The notes beneath the pieces were generated by a model that made no database searches, was not told the DNA's origin, and saw nothing but the letters and a program-made list of their open reading frames with translations. From contig CAVSGP010000004.1 of the NCBI GenBank assembly GCA_963727505.1, positions 96,001-160,000 on the forward strand: DNA of 64,000 nt, written 5' to 3'. Numbering within the stretch: position 1 is the stretch's first letter; each line of letters starts with the position of its first letter. Made by a program: the position numbers and the translations under genes. Of this stretch, positions 43,254 through 53,362 are shown in pieces. Source of the stretch: an uncultured Trueperaceae bacterium. GTDB lineage: Bacteria > Deinococcota > Deinococci > Deinococcales > Trueperaceae.

Positions 43254-43466
43254 GGATGCTTCCTCCCGGTCTGCGCGCCTACTGCCTGAGAATGTCGCCG
43301 GACGGCGTAGTTGCCATTGTATCGCACGGCTACGCTCGGGACGGAGCCACTCCCGACCGAAGGGGGACTGCGCGCCGTCCGACCGTCATGCGGCGCCCGC
43401 AAGTGTTCGCTGCCCCACCTCTCGGGCGGGGCAGCGAACCGATCGTTCTAGACGTACGCGCGGACG

Positions 43467-43982
43467 TCAGCGGATGTACAGCGTCGTCACCGCCACGTCT
43501 CGCACCGGATAGCCCCTGATGTCGACCTCGATCGCGCTGGTCCAATCCCCTTCGCCGTGCCGTCCGCTGTAGCGGACGTGGCTGGGATCGGTCCGCGCCG
43601 ACGTGAACGACGCCCGGATCCGGTGAAGGCCGCGCGGGGGCGCCGCGCTGAAACTCACGCGCATCTCCGGGGTGGGAAGGATGACCGTCCGGTTGCCCGG
43701 CACGTAGATGTTGCGCGCGAAGACGTACACGCGCCCGTCCGGGTCCATGGCGGAGAGCGTCACGTAGCCAGTGTCGCTCGTTCGGATGCGGAACTCGATC
43801 CCGTCGCCGAGGAAGTAGTTGGCGCCCGAGCCACGTGTCGGCTCGAAGTAGGTGATGACGTTGTCGAGGGGAACGCCGACTTGCACGGACGTGCCGGGCC
43901 GCACGTAGATGCTGCACGCAGACAGCGCTAGACCCAACACCAGGACGACGGGTGCCAAACGGACGAGTCGATGGTGGCTCAT
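43467..43982 (-). CDS. DUF4384-like lipoprotein
   Basis: LSAC lipobox; YFLGDGIEF, GYVTL, DPDGRV, PPRGLHRIRA pattern. Confidence 0.72.
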   Translation of the reverse strand: MSHHRLVRLAPVVLVLGLALSACSIYVRPGTSVQVGVPLDNVITYFEPTRGSGANYFLGDGIEFRIRTSDTGYVTLSAMDPDGRVYVFARNIYVPGNRTVILPTPEMRVSFSAAPPRGLHRIRASFTSARTDPSHVRYSGRHGEGDWTSAIEVDIRGYPVRDVAVTTLYIR

Positions 43983-44102
43983 GAGCGAATCTCCTTGCCC
44001 CCATGATACGCGAGGCGGGCCTCTTGCCCGTGCGTGACGCATTCATGGCTGCTTAAGGCAAGTGTGTCGCAGGTCACGCTTGCAGCCCTGGGGCGGCACC
44101 GG

Positions 44103-44459
44103 TCAGGGCGTCGACGTCGACGGTTGCTGGGCCCCCGGTTTGCTCCGATCGTAGGTCGTGAGGACGTAGGGCAGATCGGACTGGTGGTAGCGGCCGCGGT
44201 CGTCGTACCAGTAGATGTAGTAACCCTGTGAGTTGCCGCTGGTACCGCCCTCGGAAGCCGTGCTGGAGCGCGTCACCTTGCCGTCCACGACGCCGTCGAA
44301 GACGACCTTGCCATCGTAGGAGTAGAGCGTGATGTACATGCGCTGGTTGGTGAAGTCCTGGATGCTGCGACGGATCCGGTTCTGCGTCTCGTTGCGGCAA
44401 CCGGCCAGGCCGGCGAGCAAGACCACCGCGAGCACCACCAGGACGAGCGTCCTCTTCAA
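44103..44459 (-). CDS. Small hypothetical lipoprotein
   Basis: GGAGGTG RBS, TTG start, LAGC lipobox. Confidence 0.75.
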   Translation of the reverse strand: MKRTLVLVVLAVVLLAGLAGCRNETQNRIRRSIQDFTNQRMYITLYSYDGKVVFDGVVDGKVTRSSTASEGGTSGNSQGYYIYWYDDRGRYHQSDLPYVLTTYDRSKPGAQQPSTSTP

Positions 44460-44558
44460 TGCGCACCTCCGCGCCTCGTGACCGCGAGGCGCGGTTCCCA
44501 GGATAGCACCGAGGGCTTGGGACCCCTTCGGTCGAGCCTGCTCCAACATGCCCCACGG

Positions 44559-44590
44559 GTTAACAAGGTCAGACTCAAGTTATGTATTAT
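44559..44590 (+). promoter_or_regulatory. HspR operator (HAIR-like) overlapping the dnaJ-hspR promoter
   Basis: GTTAACA-N7-ACTCAAG versus consensus CTTGAGT-N7-ACTCAAG; TATTAT at 44585-44590. Confidence 0.6.
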
Positions 44591-44610
44591 ACCCCGTAGT
44601 GAGTCCCGTC

Positions 44611-45561
44611 ATGACCAACCCCTACGAGGTTCTTGGCGTCACGCCGGAGGCCAGCGCGGACGAGGTGAAGGCGGCCTACCGGAAGCTCGCGATGCGCTAC
44701 CACCCGGACCGCAACCCCGGGAACAAGGAGGCCGAGGAGCGCTTCAAGGAGATCTCCGAAGCCTACGCGGTGCTGCGCGATCCGGATGCGCGGGAGCGTT
44801 TCGATCGCTACGGGACCACCGGGAGCGGAGCGGCCGGGGCGCCGGACTTCAGCACCGTGGACTGGCGCACCATCTTCCGGGAGGCCGACATCCCCATCAA
44901 CTGGGACGGCCGCGAGGGGGCCCCGCACAGCGGCAACGCCGTGTTCGACGCGCTCTTCGGGATGATGACGGGGCTGTTCCGCAACGCCGGCCTGCTTCCT
45001 GGCGAGACCCGTGAGATCCGTGTCCAGGTGCCGTTGGCACTGGCACGCGCCGGAGGTCTTCGTCGAGTCCGCGTGCCCGGGACCAGTGTGTGCCCCACTT
45101 GCCGCGGGCAGCGCACGGTGTCCGGCGCGACCTGTCCCGATTGCGGGGGCGCGGGCGTGCGCAACGGCCGCGCCAACGTCGACGTACAGGTCCCGGCAGG
45201 CGTTCGCGACGGTACGCGTCTGCGCCTGCGCGGACTTGGAGGGCCCGGCAACCCGCCGGGCGACCTGTTCGTGAAGATCGGCGTGGCGCTGCCCGCCGGC
45301 GCACGCCTGCAGGGCGACGACGTGCTCGCCGACGTCCATGTGATGCCGGCAGAGGCCGCCCGCGGCGTGACCGCCCGCTTCGCCGGGGAGCCGGTGAACG
45401 TTCCGCCGGGAACGCCCAACGGCGGCAAGGTGCGTCTGCAGGGGCAAGGACTGGGGCGGGGCGACCTCGTCGTCACGGTGCACCACGACTTCTGGCGGGG
45501 CGCGGCCAGGGCCGCCTCGGACTGGCTGGGTAAGCTGACGGACGGAGGGACGGCGGCATGA
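44611..45561 (+). CDS. DnaJ/CbpA-like co-chaperone
   Basis: J-domain HPD (YHPDRNPG), one zinc-finger pair, DnaJ C-terminal domain; GTG 44599 is a possible leaderless start. Confidence 0.9.
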   Translation: MTNPYEVLGVTPEASADEVKAAYRKLAMRYHPDRNPGNKEAEERFKEISEAYAVLRDPDARERFDRYGTTGSGAAGAPDFSTVDWRTIFREADIPINWDGREGAPHSGNAVFDALFGMMTGLFRNAGLLPGETREIRVQVPLALARAGGLRRVRVPGTSVCPTCRGQRTVSGATCPDCGGAGVRNGRANVDVQVPAGVRDGTRLRLRGLGGPGNPPGDLFVKIGVALPAGARLQGDDVLADVHVMPAEAARGVTARFAGEPVNVPPGTPNGGKVRLQGQGLGRGDLVVTVHHDFWRGAARAASDWLGKLTDGGTAA

Positions 45562-46046
45562 GCGCGGAGCGCAACCCCGAACCGAAGGACAAAGTGGCGG
45601 AGGACAGCGTGGCGGAGGACGACGCGACGGACCACGACGCGACGGAGGGCGAGACGCCCGAAGAACGCGCCGAGGGCATCGACAAGGACAAGCCGCTGTA
45701 CGTCATCAGCGTCGCCGCGGAACTCGTGGACATGCACCCCCAGACGCTACGGCTGTACGAGCGCAAGGGGTTGATCGAGCCGAGCCGAAGCGCGGGGAAG
45801 ACGCGCCTGTACTCCCAGCGCAACATCGAGCAGCTTCGCGAGATCCGTCGCCTGACCCAGGAGCTGGGCGTGAACCTGGCCGGAGTCGAGGAGATCATCA
45901 AGCTGAGGCGGCGCCTCGGCGAGCTCCAGTTCAGCATGGAGAACCGCATCTCCAACCTGCAGGTCCGTCTCAAGGATCACCTCGACATCATGCGTCAGCA
46001 GGCGCTTCCCTCGGGCGAGCAGGAGCCCGAGCAGGACGAGGACTGA
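45558..46046 (+). CDS. hspR: MerR-family heat-shock repressor HspR
   Basis: [36 protein letters not shown] overlap with the dnaJ-like gene. Confidence 0.9.
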   Translation: MSAERNPEPKDKVAEDSVAEDDATDHDATEGETPEERAEGIDKDKPLYVISVAAELVDMHPQTLRLYERKGLIEPSRSAGKTRLYSQRNIEQLREIRRLTQELGVNLAGVEEIIKLRRRLGELQFSMENRISNLQVRLKDHLDIMRQQALPSGEQEPEQDED

Positions 46047-46071
46047 TCCCCGCACCGGTATACTCGCCGGC

Positions 46072-47439
46072 ATGTCGCTGACGGACTACCTGGAAGAGAA
46101 CCGCGAGCGCCACCTCAACGAGCTCTTCGAGTTCCTGCGCATCCCCTCGGTGTCCACCGACCCGGAGCGCTCGCAGGACGTGGCCGATGCCGCCGCCTAC
46201 GTAGCCGGCGCGTTGGATCGTGCTGGCCTGGAGGCCACGGTGGAGCCCACCGCTGGGCACGGCATCGTAGTCGCGCGCTCGCCCGAGGTTCCGGGCGCGC
46301 CGACGGTCCTGATCTACGGTCACTACGACGTCCAGCCGGCGGAACCGCTGGATCTCTGGGAGACACCGCCGTTCGAGCCGACCGTGATCGACGGGGACAT
46401 CCGGGCCCGGGGTGCGACCGACGACAAGGGTCAGGTGTATGCCCACATCAAGGGCGTCGAGGCGCTCGCCCGCGTGGATGGCGCCCTGCCCCTCAACGTG
46501 GTGTTCGTGGTCGAGGGCGAGGAGGAGATCGGAAGCCCGAGCCTGCGTCCCTACCTCGAGCGCAACGCCGACGCCCTGGCAGCCGACGTGGTCGTCATCT
46601 CCGACGGCGCCATGCTCGCACCGGACACCCCCACCCTGACCTACGGCCTCAAGGGTCTCGCGTACCTGGAGGTGCACGTGCGTGGCGCCGGCCGCGACCT
46701 GCACTCGGGCGCCTACGGCGGCGGCGTACCCAACGCCATCAACGCCCTGGCAGGCATGATCGCGGGCCTCAAGACCGGCGACGGACGGGTCGCCGTGCCC
46801 GGCTTCTACGACGCGGTGGTGCCGCTGGGCGACGAGGAGCGTGCGCGCATGGCGGCCGCTCCGTTCGACGAGGCCGCCTTCCGCGCCGACGCTGGCGTGA
46901 GCGCGACGCCGGGAGAGACCGGCTACAGCCTCATCGAACGGCTCTGGGGCCGGCCCACGCTCGATTGCAACGGCATCTGGGGCGGTTTCCAGGGGGAGGG
47001 CGCGAAGACCGTCATCCCGGCCACGGCCGCCGCCAAGCTCTCCTGCCGCCTGGTACCGGGCCAGGACCCGGACGACATCGCGGACAAGGTCACGCGTGCG
47101 CTGGAAGCGCTCGCCCCCGAAGGGATCGAGGTCGAGGTGAAGCGCCTGCACGGCGGCCGTCCCGCCTCCACGCCCATCGACTCCGCCAGCGTCCGCGCTG
47201 CCGCCGCGGCGCTGCGCGCTTCCTTCGGTCGCGAGCCGGTCTTCGCTCGCACCGGAGGCACGATCCCCGTAGTGGCCGACTTCCAGGAGCTGCTCGGCAG
47301 CGAGGTCGTGCTGGTGGGGCTGGGCCTGGAGGACGACCGCGCCCACGCGCCGAACGAGAAGTTCGCGGTGCGGGATTTCCTGCGCGGCATCCAGACAAGC
47401 GCGCGCCTGCTACGGGCCCTGGCCGGGCGCGCGGCGTGA
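46072..47439 (+). CDS. M20 family dipeptidase
   Basis: [34 protein letters not shown]. Confidence 0.93.
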   Translation: MSLTDYLEENRERHLNELFEFLRIPSVSTDPERSQDVADAAAYVAGALDRAGLEATVEPTAGHGIVVARSPEVPGAPTVLIYGHYDVQPAEPLDLWETPPFEPTVIDGDIRARGATDDKGQVYAHIKGVEALARVDGALPLNVVFVVEGEEEIGSPSLRPYLERNADALAADVVVISDGAMLAPDTPTLTYGLKGLAYLEVHVRGAGRDLHSGAYGGGVPNAINALAGMIAGLKTGDGRVAVPGFYDAVVPLGDEERARMAAAPFDEAAFRADAGVSATPGETGYSLIERLWGRPTLDCNGIWGGFQGEGAKTVIPATAAAKLSCRLVPGQDPDDIADKVTRALEALAPEGIEVEVKRLHGGRPASTPIDSASVRAAAAALRASFGREPVFARTGGTIPVVADFQELLGSEVVLVGLGLEDDRAHAPNEKFAVRDFLRGIQTSARLLRALAGRAA

Positions 47440-47464
47440 GCACGGGGCCAGGGTAGACTGGCGC

Positions 47465-50400
47465 GTGCGCCTCACCTCCCTGTCGCTCCAGGGCTTCAAG
47501 AGCTTCGGGAATCGCGCGCTGGTCGAATTCGCTCCGGGCGTCACCGCCATCATCGGGCCCAACGGCTCGGGCAAGTCCAATCTGATCGACGCGTTGAAGT
47601 GGACCACCGGCGGCGGTCGCGCGCGGGAGTTCCGCGCCAGCGACAAGACCGACCTGATCTTCCACGGCGCCACGGGCAAGCGCGGCCTCAGCCTGGCGGA
47701 GGTCGAGGTGGAGCTTCGTGGCGACGGCCGGACCATCAAGGTCTACCGCAGCCTCGACCGCGACGGCACCACCCGCTTGCGGCTCAACGGTCGTAACGCC
47801 CGTTTCCTCGATCTCGAGGAAGCCCTGTCGGGCAGCGGGCTGGGCCGAGCGGGGGTCGCGCTCATCGGCCAGGGTGAGGTCAGCCAGGTGCTCATGGCGG
47901 ATCCGCCGAAGCTGCTGGAGTACGTCGCCGAAGTTGCCGGCGTGGGACGCATGAGCTCGCGTCGCGAGCAGACACAAGCCCGCCTGGAGACCGCGCGCGG
48001 CCACCTCGACCGGCTGCAGGACGTCCTGGTGGAGCTCGACGAGCGCTGCGTTCGCCTCGGAGAGGAGGCCGCCGACGCCGAGCGGCACGCCTCCCTGAGC
48101 GCCGAAGCGCTCCGTCTGCGCGTCACCGCCTCCCGCAGACGCGTGGACGCGCTGGAAGAGGAGATCGCGGGCCTGCAGGAGCGCCGTGCCGAGCTGACGG
48201 GAGCCATCCAGGAAGGACGCGAACGGCTTCAGGAGCTGCGTACCGAGCTCGAGAGCGCACGGCACACGCGCGACGTCAGGGAAGAGACCTACCGCAGCGC
48301 CCTGGCCGAAGCCGAACTCAAGCGCGGCGACCTTCGCGTGGCGGACGAGCGCGCGCAGCGCGCTGGCGAACGGTGGCAAGCGGCACAGGACGCCCTGGCG
48401 GCTGCGCACGAAGAGGCCCGCCGGCTAGAAGCGGGCGAGCCGCCGAGCGCTCCCGAAGGCGACCCAGCGCCGCTGGCCGAACGCGAGGCCTCGCTGAGCG
48501 AGGCGCTTCAAGGCTCCGATGCCGAGTTGGCCGAGGCGCGCGCCGCCCTCGAGGAGGCCGGCGGCGAGCTGGACCGGCTACGCGAGGCACAAGCGGCTGC
48601 CGAACGCAGTGCCGCCACCTTCGAAACGCAGCGTGCCGGACTCGAGAGCCAGGCACGCGAACTCCAGCAACGGCTGGATGCGCTCGTCGTAACGCCGCAG
48701 GAGGACCTGACGGCGCTCGAAGCCTCCGAGGCCGAGGCGCGCCGGCGCTCGGCGACGCTGGCCGCCGATCTGGAGACGGCACGCAAGCGCCTGGCCGAAG
48801 CGCATGAACGTCACGCCCACCTGGAGGCCGAACGGCAGGCGCTGGGTCGGGCGGCGCAGCGCCAGCGCGCAGCCTTCGAAGCACGGCGCGGGTACGCGCA
48901 GGGCCCCCGCAACGCCCTCACCTCGGGCATCGAAGGCGTCCTCGGCTCCGTCGGCGACCTACTCGACGTTCCGGAGCGCTTCCGCACGGCGGTGGCCGCC
49001 GCCCTCGGGCGGCGCGCCGAGTACGTCGTCGTCGATCATGCCGATACCGGGCGCAGGGTGCTGCGCTGGGTACGCGAGCACGGCGGCTTCGTCACGGTGC
49101 TCCCGCTCGACCTGCTACGCGACGACGGCCGCAGGCCCCCGCGCGAGCTGCTCGCTCAGGAAGGCGTCATCGGAGCCGCAGTCGACGTGGTGGAGGTCGA
49201 TGCGGCCTACCGTTCGGTCGCCGAGCAGCTCCTCGGCGGCACCGCACTGGTGGAGACGATGGAGCGGGCCACCGCGCTGGCGCGCGGGCGCGGGCCGCGC
49301 GCGCGGATGGTGGCACTCGACGGCGACATCCTGGAGGCGTCCGGAGCCATGAGCGGCGGGCGGCGTGGGCCGCAGTCGAGCGTGCTGGGCGCGGCTGCGG
49401 AGCTCGAGGAGGCCGAAGCGGCCGAGGAGCGTGCGAGCCGCCAGGCCGAGGTCGCCAGGGCGGAACTCGAGCGCGGGCAGCGGGACGTCCGGGAGCTGCA
49501 GGAGCGCCTGCCCGAGGCTGCTACGGCGCTGGAGGACGCGCGCACGCGCCTGGCAGAGGCGCGCGAGCGGGGCTCACGCCGGCAGGGGCTGCTCGAGGAC
49601 CTGCAGCAACGCGCCGTCGAGGTCGATCGCGCGCGCGACGCGCTGCAAGCGCCGCCCGATCCGCCGGACCCCCACCGGCTGGAGGCGGCCGCAGAAGCCG
49701 CCAGCAGCGCCGCCCAGAGCGTCGAAGACCTCCGCGACCGCGATGCCGAGCGCCGCCAGGAGCTGGCGGAGGTGCGGCAGCGTCGCCTGCTGCTGGAGGA
49801 GCGCCTGCGCTCGTACGCTTCGGCGCTCGAGCGCTTCCGGCAGGAGCGCTCCCGGGCTTCGGAGTTGCGCACCTCGATCGGTCGTCAGGAGCAGACGCTG
49901 GCGGACCTTCAGGAGGCGCTCGCCGCCGCGCAGGCCGCCCGGACAGAGGCCGAGGCGGCGCTGCCGACGGGGCTGGAGGAGGCGGAGGCTGCGCTGTCCG
50001 AGGTGCGCTCACAGAGCGACGCGTTCGAGGCGGCGTTGAACGAACTCACCGAGCACCAGGCAGGGCGCGGCCAGGAGCTCGAAGGGTGCAACGTTCAGCT
50101 CGCCCGCCGCGAGGCCGCACTCGAGCTCGCCGCCGAGGAGCTCCAGGGTTACCCCGAAGGCGCCGAGCCGCTCGAGCTGAGCGAGCGCGCCGCCAAGAGC
50201 AGGCTGCGTGAAGTCGAGACCGCCCTGGACGCGCTGGGCCCGGTCAACCACCGGGCGGCAAGAGACCTGCAGGAGTCCCGAGAGCGCAAGGAGGGACTCG
50301 AGGTCGAGGCGGTACAGGCCACGCTGGCCGTGACCGAACTGGAAGGCACGCTGGAGCGCATCGACCGCGAAACCACGGCGCGGCTGCACGCCGCGCTCGA

Positions 50401-50857
50401 ACGCCTCCGGGTCAGCTTCCGGGGACACGTCCAGCAGCTCTTCGGTGCCGAGGGTCAGGGCGACATCGACGTCGAGCATGACGAAGGCCGGCCGGTCGGC
50501 GTCCGCATCCGCCTGCAACCGCCCGGCAAGCAGACGCAATCGCTCCACCTGCTCTCGGTGGGGGAGCGAACCATGGGGGCGCTCGCTTTCCTGTTCGCGC
50601 TGATGGCCGACGGGAGCGACGGCGCGGGCCTCCCGATCGCCGTTCTGGACGAGGTCGACGCCCCGCTCGACGAGGCCAACATCCGGCGCTACTGTGCGTT
50701 CCTGGAGCGGCTCGCGAAGACCGGCACGCAGTTCGTGCTCATCACCCACCAGAAGGCGACCTTCGAGGTGGCCGACGTGTTGTGGGGGGTCACCACCGAG
50801 GACGGCGTGAGCCGGGTGTTCAGCATCCGTCGTGACGAAGTCGCTCCGGTAGGCTGA
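47465..50857 (+). CDS. smc: Chromosome segregation protein SMC
   Basis: GFKSF, GPNGSGKSN, coiled coils, hinge, LSVGE, LDEVDAPLD, ITH. Confidence 0.95.
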   Translation: MRLTSLSLQGFKSFGNRALVEFAPGVTAIIGPNGSGKSNLIDALKWTTGGGRAREFRASDKTDLIFHGATGKRGLSLAEVEVELRGDGRTIKVYRSLDRDGTTRLRLNGRNARFLDLEEALSGSGLGRAGVALIGQGEVSQVLMADPPKLLEYVAEVAGVGRMSSRREQTQARLETARGHLDRLQDVLVELDERCVRLGEEAADAERHASLSAEALRLRVTASRRRVDALEEEIAGLQERRAELTGAIQEGRERLQELRTELESARHTRDVREETYRSALAEAELKRGDLRVADERAQRAGERWQAAQDALAAAHEEARRLEAGEPPSAPEGDPAPLAEREASLSEALQGSDAELAEARAALEEAGGELDRLREAQAAAERSAATFETQRAGLESQARELQQRLDALVVTPQEDLTALEASEAEARRRSATLAADLETARKRLAEAHERHAHLEAERQALGRAAQRQRAAFEARRGYAQGPRNALTSGIEGVLGSVGDLLDVPERFRTAVAAALGRRAEYVVVDHADTGRRVLRWVREHGGFVTVLPLDLLRDDGRRPPRELLAQEGVIGAAVDVVEVDAAYRSVAEQLLGGTALVETMERATALARGRGPRARMVALDGDILEASGAMSGGRRGPQSSVLGAAAELEEAEAAEERASRQAEVARAELERGQRDVRELQERLPEAATALEDARTRLAEARERGSRRQGLLEDLQQRAVEVDRARDALQAPPDPPDPHRLEAAAEAASSAAQSVEDLRDRDAERRQELAEVRQRRLLLEERLRSYASALERFRQERSRASELRTSIGRQEQTLADLQEALAAAQAARTEAEAALPTGLEEAEAALSEVRSQSDAFEAALNELTEHQAGRGQELEGCNVQLARREAALELAAEELQGYPEGAEPLELSERAAKSRLREVETALDALGPVNHRAARDLQESRERKEGLEVEAVQATLAVTELEGTLERIDRETTARLHAALERLRVSFRGHVQQLFGAEGQGDIDVEHDEGRPVGVRIRLQPPGKQTQSLHLLSVGERTMGALAFLFALMADGSDGAGLPIAVLDEVDAPLDEANIRRYCAFLERLAKTGTQFVLITHQKATFEVADVLWGVTTEDGVSRVFSIRRDEVAPVG

Positions 50858-50862
50858 GAAGC

Positions 50863-51585
50863 ATGCCGCTCGCGATCGCGTTCCGCATCGAGGCGCACGC
50901 CTCGCTCCCGTCGACGCAGAGCGACGCCCGCCGGCGCCTGGAGGGCGGCGAGGACGTCGACGGCCTGGTGGTGCGCGCAGCTCGTCAGACGCAGGGGAGA
51001 GGACGGCGAGGCCAGTCTTGGGAGAGCGCCCCGGGGGGCAGCTACCAGACGCTGATCGTGCGCGACCCGGCACCGCCGTCGCTGGGCCGGGGCGGCGCCG
51101 CCGTCGCGGTGGCGGTCGGGATGGCGGAGTCCCTGTCCGAGGTCGGTGTCCGGGTCGCCCTCAAGTGGCCGAACGACCTGTTCTACCGGGGGCGGAAGCT
51201 CGGAGGCATCCTGACCGAGTACCTGCGCGGTCATCTGCTGGTGGGGGTGGGCGTCAACGTGGGCAACGAACCGCCTCCGGGCGGCGTAGCGCTGCGCGGC
51301 TGGGACCTGGAGGGCGTGCACGGCGCCGTGCTGGCCGGCATGCAGCGCGGTCTGGACGCCTGGGTGGACGACGTCGCGTCGATCCCCGAGCGATTCCGGG
51401 CGTTCGACGCTCTGGAGGGACGCCCGCTGCGCATCGAGACCGGCGGGCGCGTCCTCGAGGGCGTCGGCTGCGGCGTCGACGGGCACGGCTGCCTGCTACT
51501 CGAGGTCGAGGGCACGTTGCCCGGCGGCGACGCGCAGGCAGTGTGCTCGGGGAGCGTCCTGTTGGATGCGGGCCGGCTCCCCTGA
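50863..51585 (+). CDS. birA: Biotin--protein ligase (group I, no HTH)
   Basis: QTQGRGRRG, LKWPND, RKLGGIL, GVGVNV. Confidence 0.92.
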   Translation: MPLAIAFRIEAHASLPSTQSDARRRLEGGEDVDGLVVRAARQTQGRGRRGQSWESAPGGSYQTLIVRDPAPPSLGRGGAAVAVAVGMAESLSEVGVRVALKWPNDLFYRGRKLGGILTEYLRGHLLVGVGVNVGNEPPPGGVALRGWDLEGVHGAVLAGMQRGLDAWVDDVASIPERFRAFDALEGRPLRIETGGRVLEGVGCGVDGHGCLLLEVEGTLPGGDAQAVCSGSVLLDAGRLP

Positions 51586-51718
51586 GCGAACCGCCGCCGC
51601 CCAGCGGCAGGCGGGCTCGACGACCGCCCGCAACTCAGACCCGTTTCAGCTGGACCTCATCCGTGTGCGACGCATGTTCTCGCCCCGTCGTGCCACCGTG
51701 AACGTGGAGGTGAGGCGC

Positions 51719-52210
51719 ATGACCCGTCCCCGTTCGCTCCCCCGTATGGCGCGCACCACGGTCCGCAGGCTGGCGCTCCTGGCGCTCCTGGCGGTGCTGG
51801 CGCTCGCAGCGACCGCCGCCGCCCAGGCCACCCCTCTGAAGGTGTTCAGCGCGAACCTCAGCCCGAACAACGTCGTCCCGCCGGTCCACACGGGCGCCAG
51901 CGGCTTCGCGGTGGCCGTGCTGAACGGTCACCGGCTCGACGTCCTGGGGTCGTTCCTGGCCCTCTCCAGCCCGGTCGCCACCGAGCTGCGCGGCGGCGCC
52001 CACATCCATCAGGGCGGGCCGAACGACAACGGCCCGATCCTCTACGGCCTGAGCGTCGACGGGACCGTCGCAGGCAGCATCCGCGGCATCTTCGATCTCA
52101 CCGACGCGCAGGTGAAGGCGCTGGAGGCCGGTGACCTCTACGTGCAGATCCACTCCGAGCTGCACAAGCCCGGGGAGATGCGCGCCCAGCTCAAGCCCTT
52201 CAAGCCGTGA
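51719..52210 (+). CDS. Secreted CHRD domain protein
   Basis: Signal peptide, VVPPV, AHIHQG, LYVQIHS, PGEMRAQL. Confidence 0.85.
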   Translation: MTRPRSLPRMARTTVRRLALLALLAVLALAATAAAQATPLKVFSANLSPNNVVPPVHTGASGFAVAVLNGHRLDVLGSFLALSSPVATELRGGAHIHQGGPNDNGPILYGLSVDGTVAGSIRGIFDLTDAQVKALEAGDLYVQIHSELHKPGEMRAQLKPFKP

Positions 52211-52219
52211 CGGCAGGCG

Positions 52220-52260
52220 GCGGTGGGGGGCCGCTCGGGATCTCGCGCGACCCCCACCGC
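52220..52260. terminator. Hairpin between convergent CHRD and recombinase genes
   Basis: GCGGTGGGGG...CCCCCACCGC inverted repeat. Confidence 0.55.
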
Positions 52261-52276
52261 CGCTCTCCCGGAGCCT

Positions 52277-53266
52277 TCACCAGTCGTCGATGTCCTCGCC
52301 GATCGCGTCCTGGTCGATCTTGGCGTAGATCCTGGTGGTCTGGATGTCGGCGTGCCGCAGGTGCGCCGCCACCCGGCCGAGGTCGTGGGTCTGCCGGTAG
52401 TAGCGCGTACCGGCCCCGTGGCGCAGGCCGTGCACGCCGGCCGAGGCGTAGTCGACGCCCGCGCGCTGGCACAGGGTGCGGAAGCGCTTACGGGTGTGAT
52501 CGGTGCCCCAGGGCAAGACCCACTCCGGGTCACGCTGGCGGCGCGCCGTAGCCCCGTCCGCCCGGAGTGCCTCGAGAGCCGCGCGCAGGCGGCGCGTCAT
52601 GCTCACGCGGGCGCTCTTGCCGCCCTTGCCGGACTCCACCCTGAGCTCGTTGCGAGCCAGGTCGAGATCACGCCAGCGCAGCGCCGTCATCTCGCTGATG
52701 CGCAACCCGGCGTGCGCGCCCAGCAGCACCACGACGCGTTCGGCTGGCTGGGCCAGGTCGAGAAGCCGTTCCACCTCCTTATCGCCGTAGGGGCGGCGCT
52801 TCTCCCACGGCGGCGTCGGGTCCTTGGCGATCCGTACGTTCTCGAACGGCCGTGCCTCCGTCGCGCCCGCCCAGCGCAGCGCCCGGTAGAGCGTGCGTGC
52901 CGCCGCCAGCTTCACCTGCAGCGTCGAGGGCTGCGGCCGCTCGCCCGAGGCCGCGCCGGGCGTGGACTCCAGTCGGCGGATGTAGAGCACGCCGGCGTCA
53001 CGGGTGGGCCGGAGCAGGTTCTCGTCCTGCCAGCCCTCGAGCAGGTCCGCGATGCCGCGCCGGTAGGTGCGGAGCGTATGACGGCTGGCGCGCGAGCCCT
53101 TGGAGCCGTGCAGGAACAGGTAGGCTTCGGTGAGCGCCCACAGCTCGCCCACATCGCGGGCATTGGCGGCACGCGCGGCCCGTCGCCGGAGCTCGTCGGT
53201 CGGCAGCGAGGCCCAGCCCTCGGCGCGGCTGAGCGCGTCGCCCTGGTAGCGTTGGAGGTCGCTCAC
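52277..53266 (-). CDS. Tyrosine recombinase (Xer-like, stand-alone)
   Basis: AGLRISE (R), GKGGK (K), HGLRH (HxxR), HLRH, TTRIY (Y); start GTG 53266 or 53311. Confidence 0.93.
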   Translation of the reverse strand: MSDLQRYQGDALSRAEGWASLPTDELRRRAARAANARDVGELWALTEAYLFLHGSKGSRASRHTLRTYRRGIADLLEGWQDENLLRPTRDAGVLYIRRLESTPGAASGERPQPSTLQVKLAAARTLYRALRWAGATEARPFENVRIAKDPTPPWEKRRPYGDKEVERLLDLAQPAERVVVLLGAHAGLRISEMTALRWRDLDLARNELRVESGKGGKSARVSMTRRLRAALEALRADGATARRQRDPEWVLPWGTDHTRKRFRTLCQRAGVDYASAGVHGLRHGAGTRYYRQTHDLGRVAAHLRHADIQTTRIYAKIDQDAIGEDIDDW

Positions 53267-53334
53267 GGCGCCACCGGACGGGCGTACAGGCGGTTTCTTG
53301 GGTTCGAGCACCCCTTCATGTCGGCATCATAGCG

Positions 53335-53362
53335 AGACCTGATAAGACGAGTTATCAGGTTT
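53335..53362. other. dif-like recombination site (11-6-11)
   Basis: AGACCTGATAA-GACGAG-TTATCAGGTTT, arms 10/11 inverted, ATAA/TTAT flanking a 6-bp spacer. Confidence 0.72.

Noticed and set aside
50548..50570. SMC signature LSVGE as an inactivating change
   Set aside because: Walker A, Walker B, D-loop and H-loop are intact and the signature Ser is retained; probably a lineage variant
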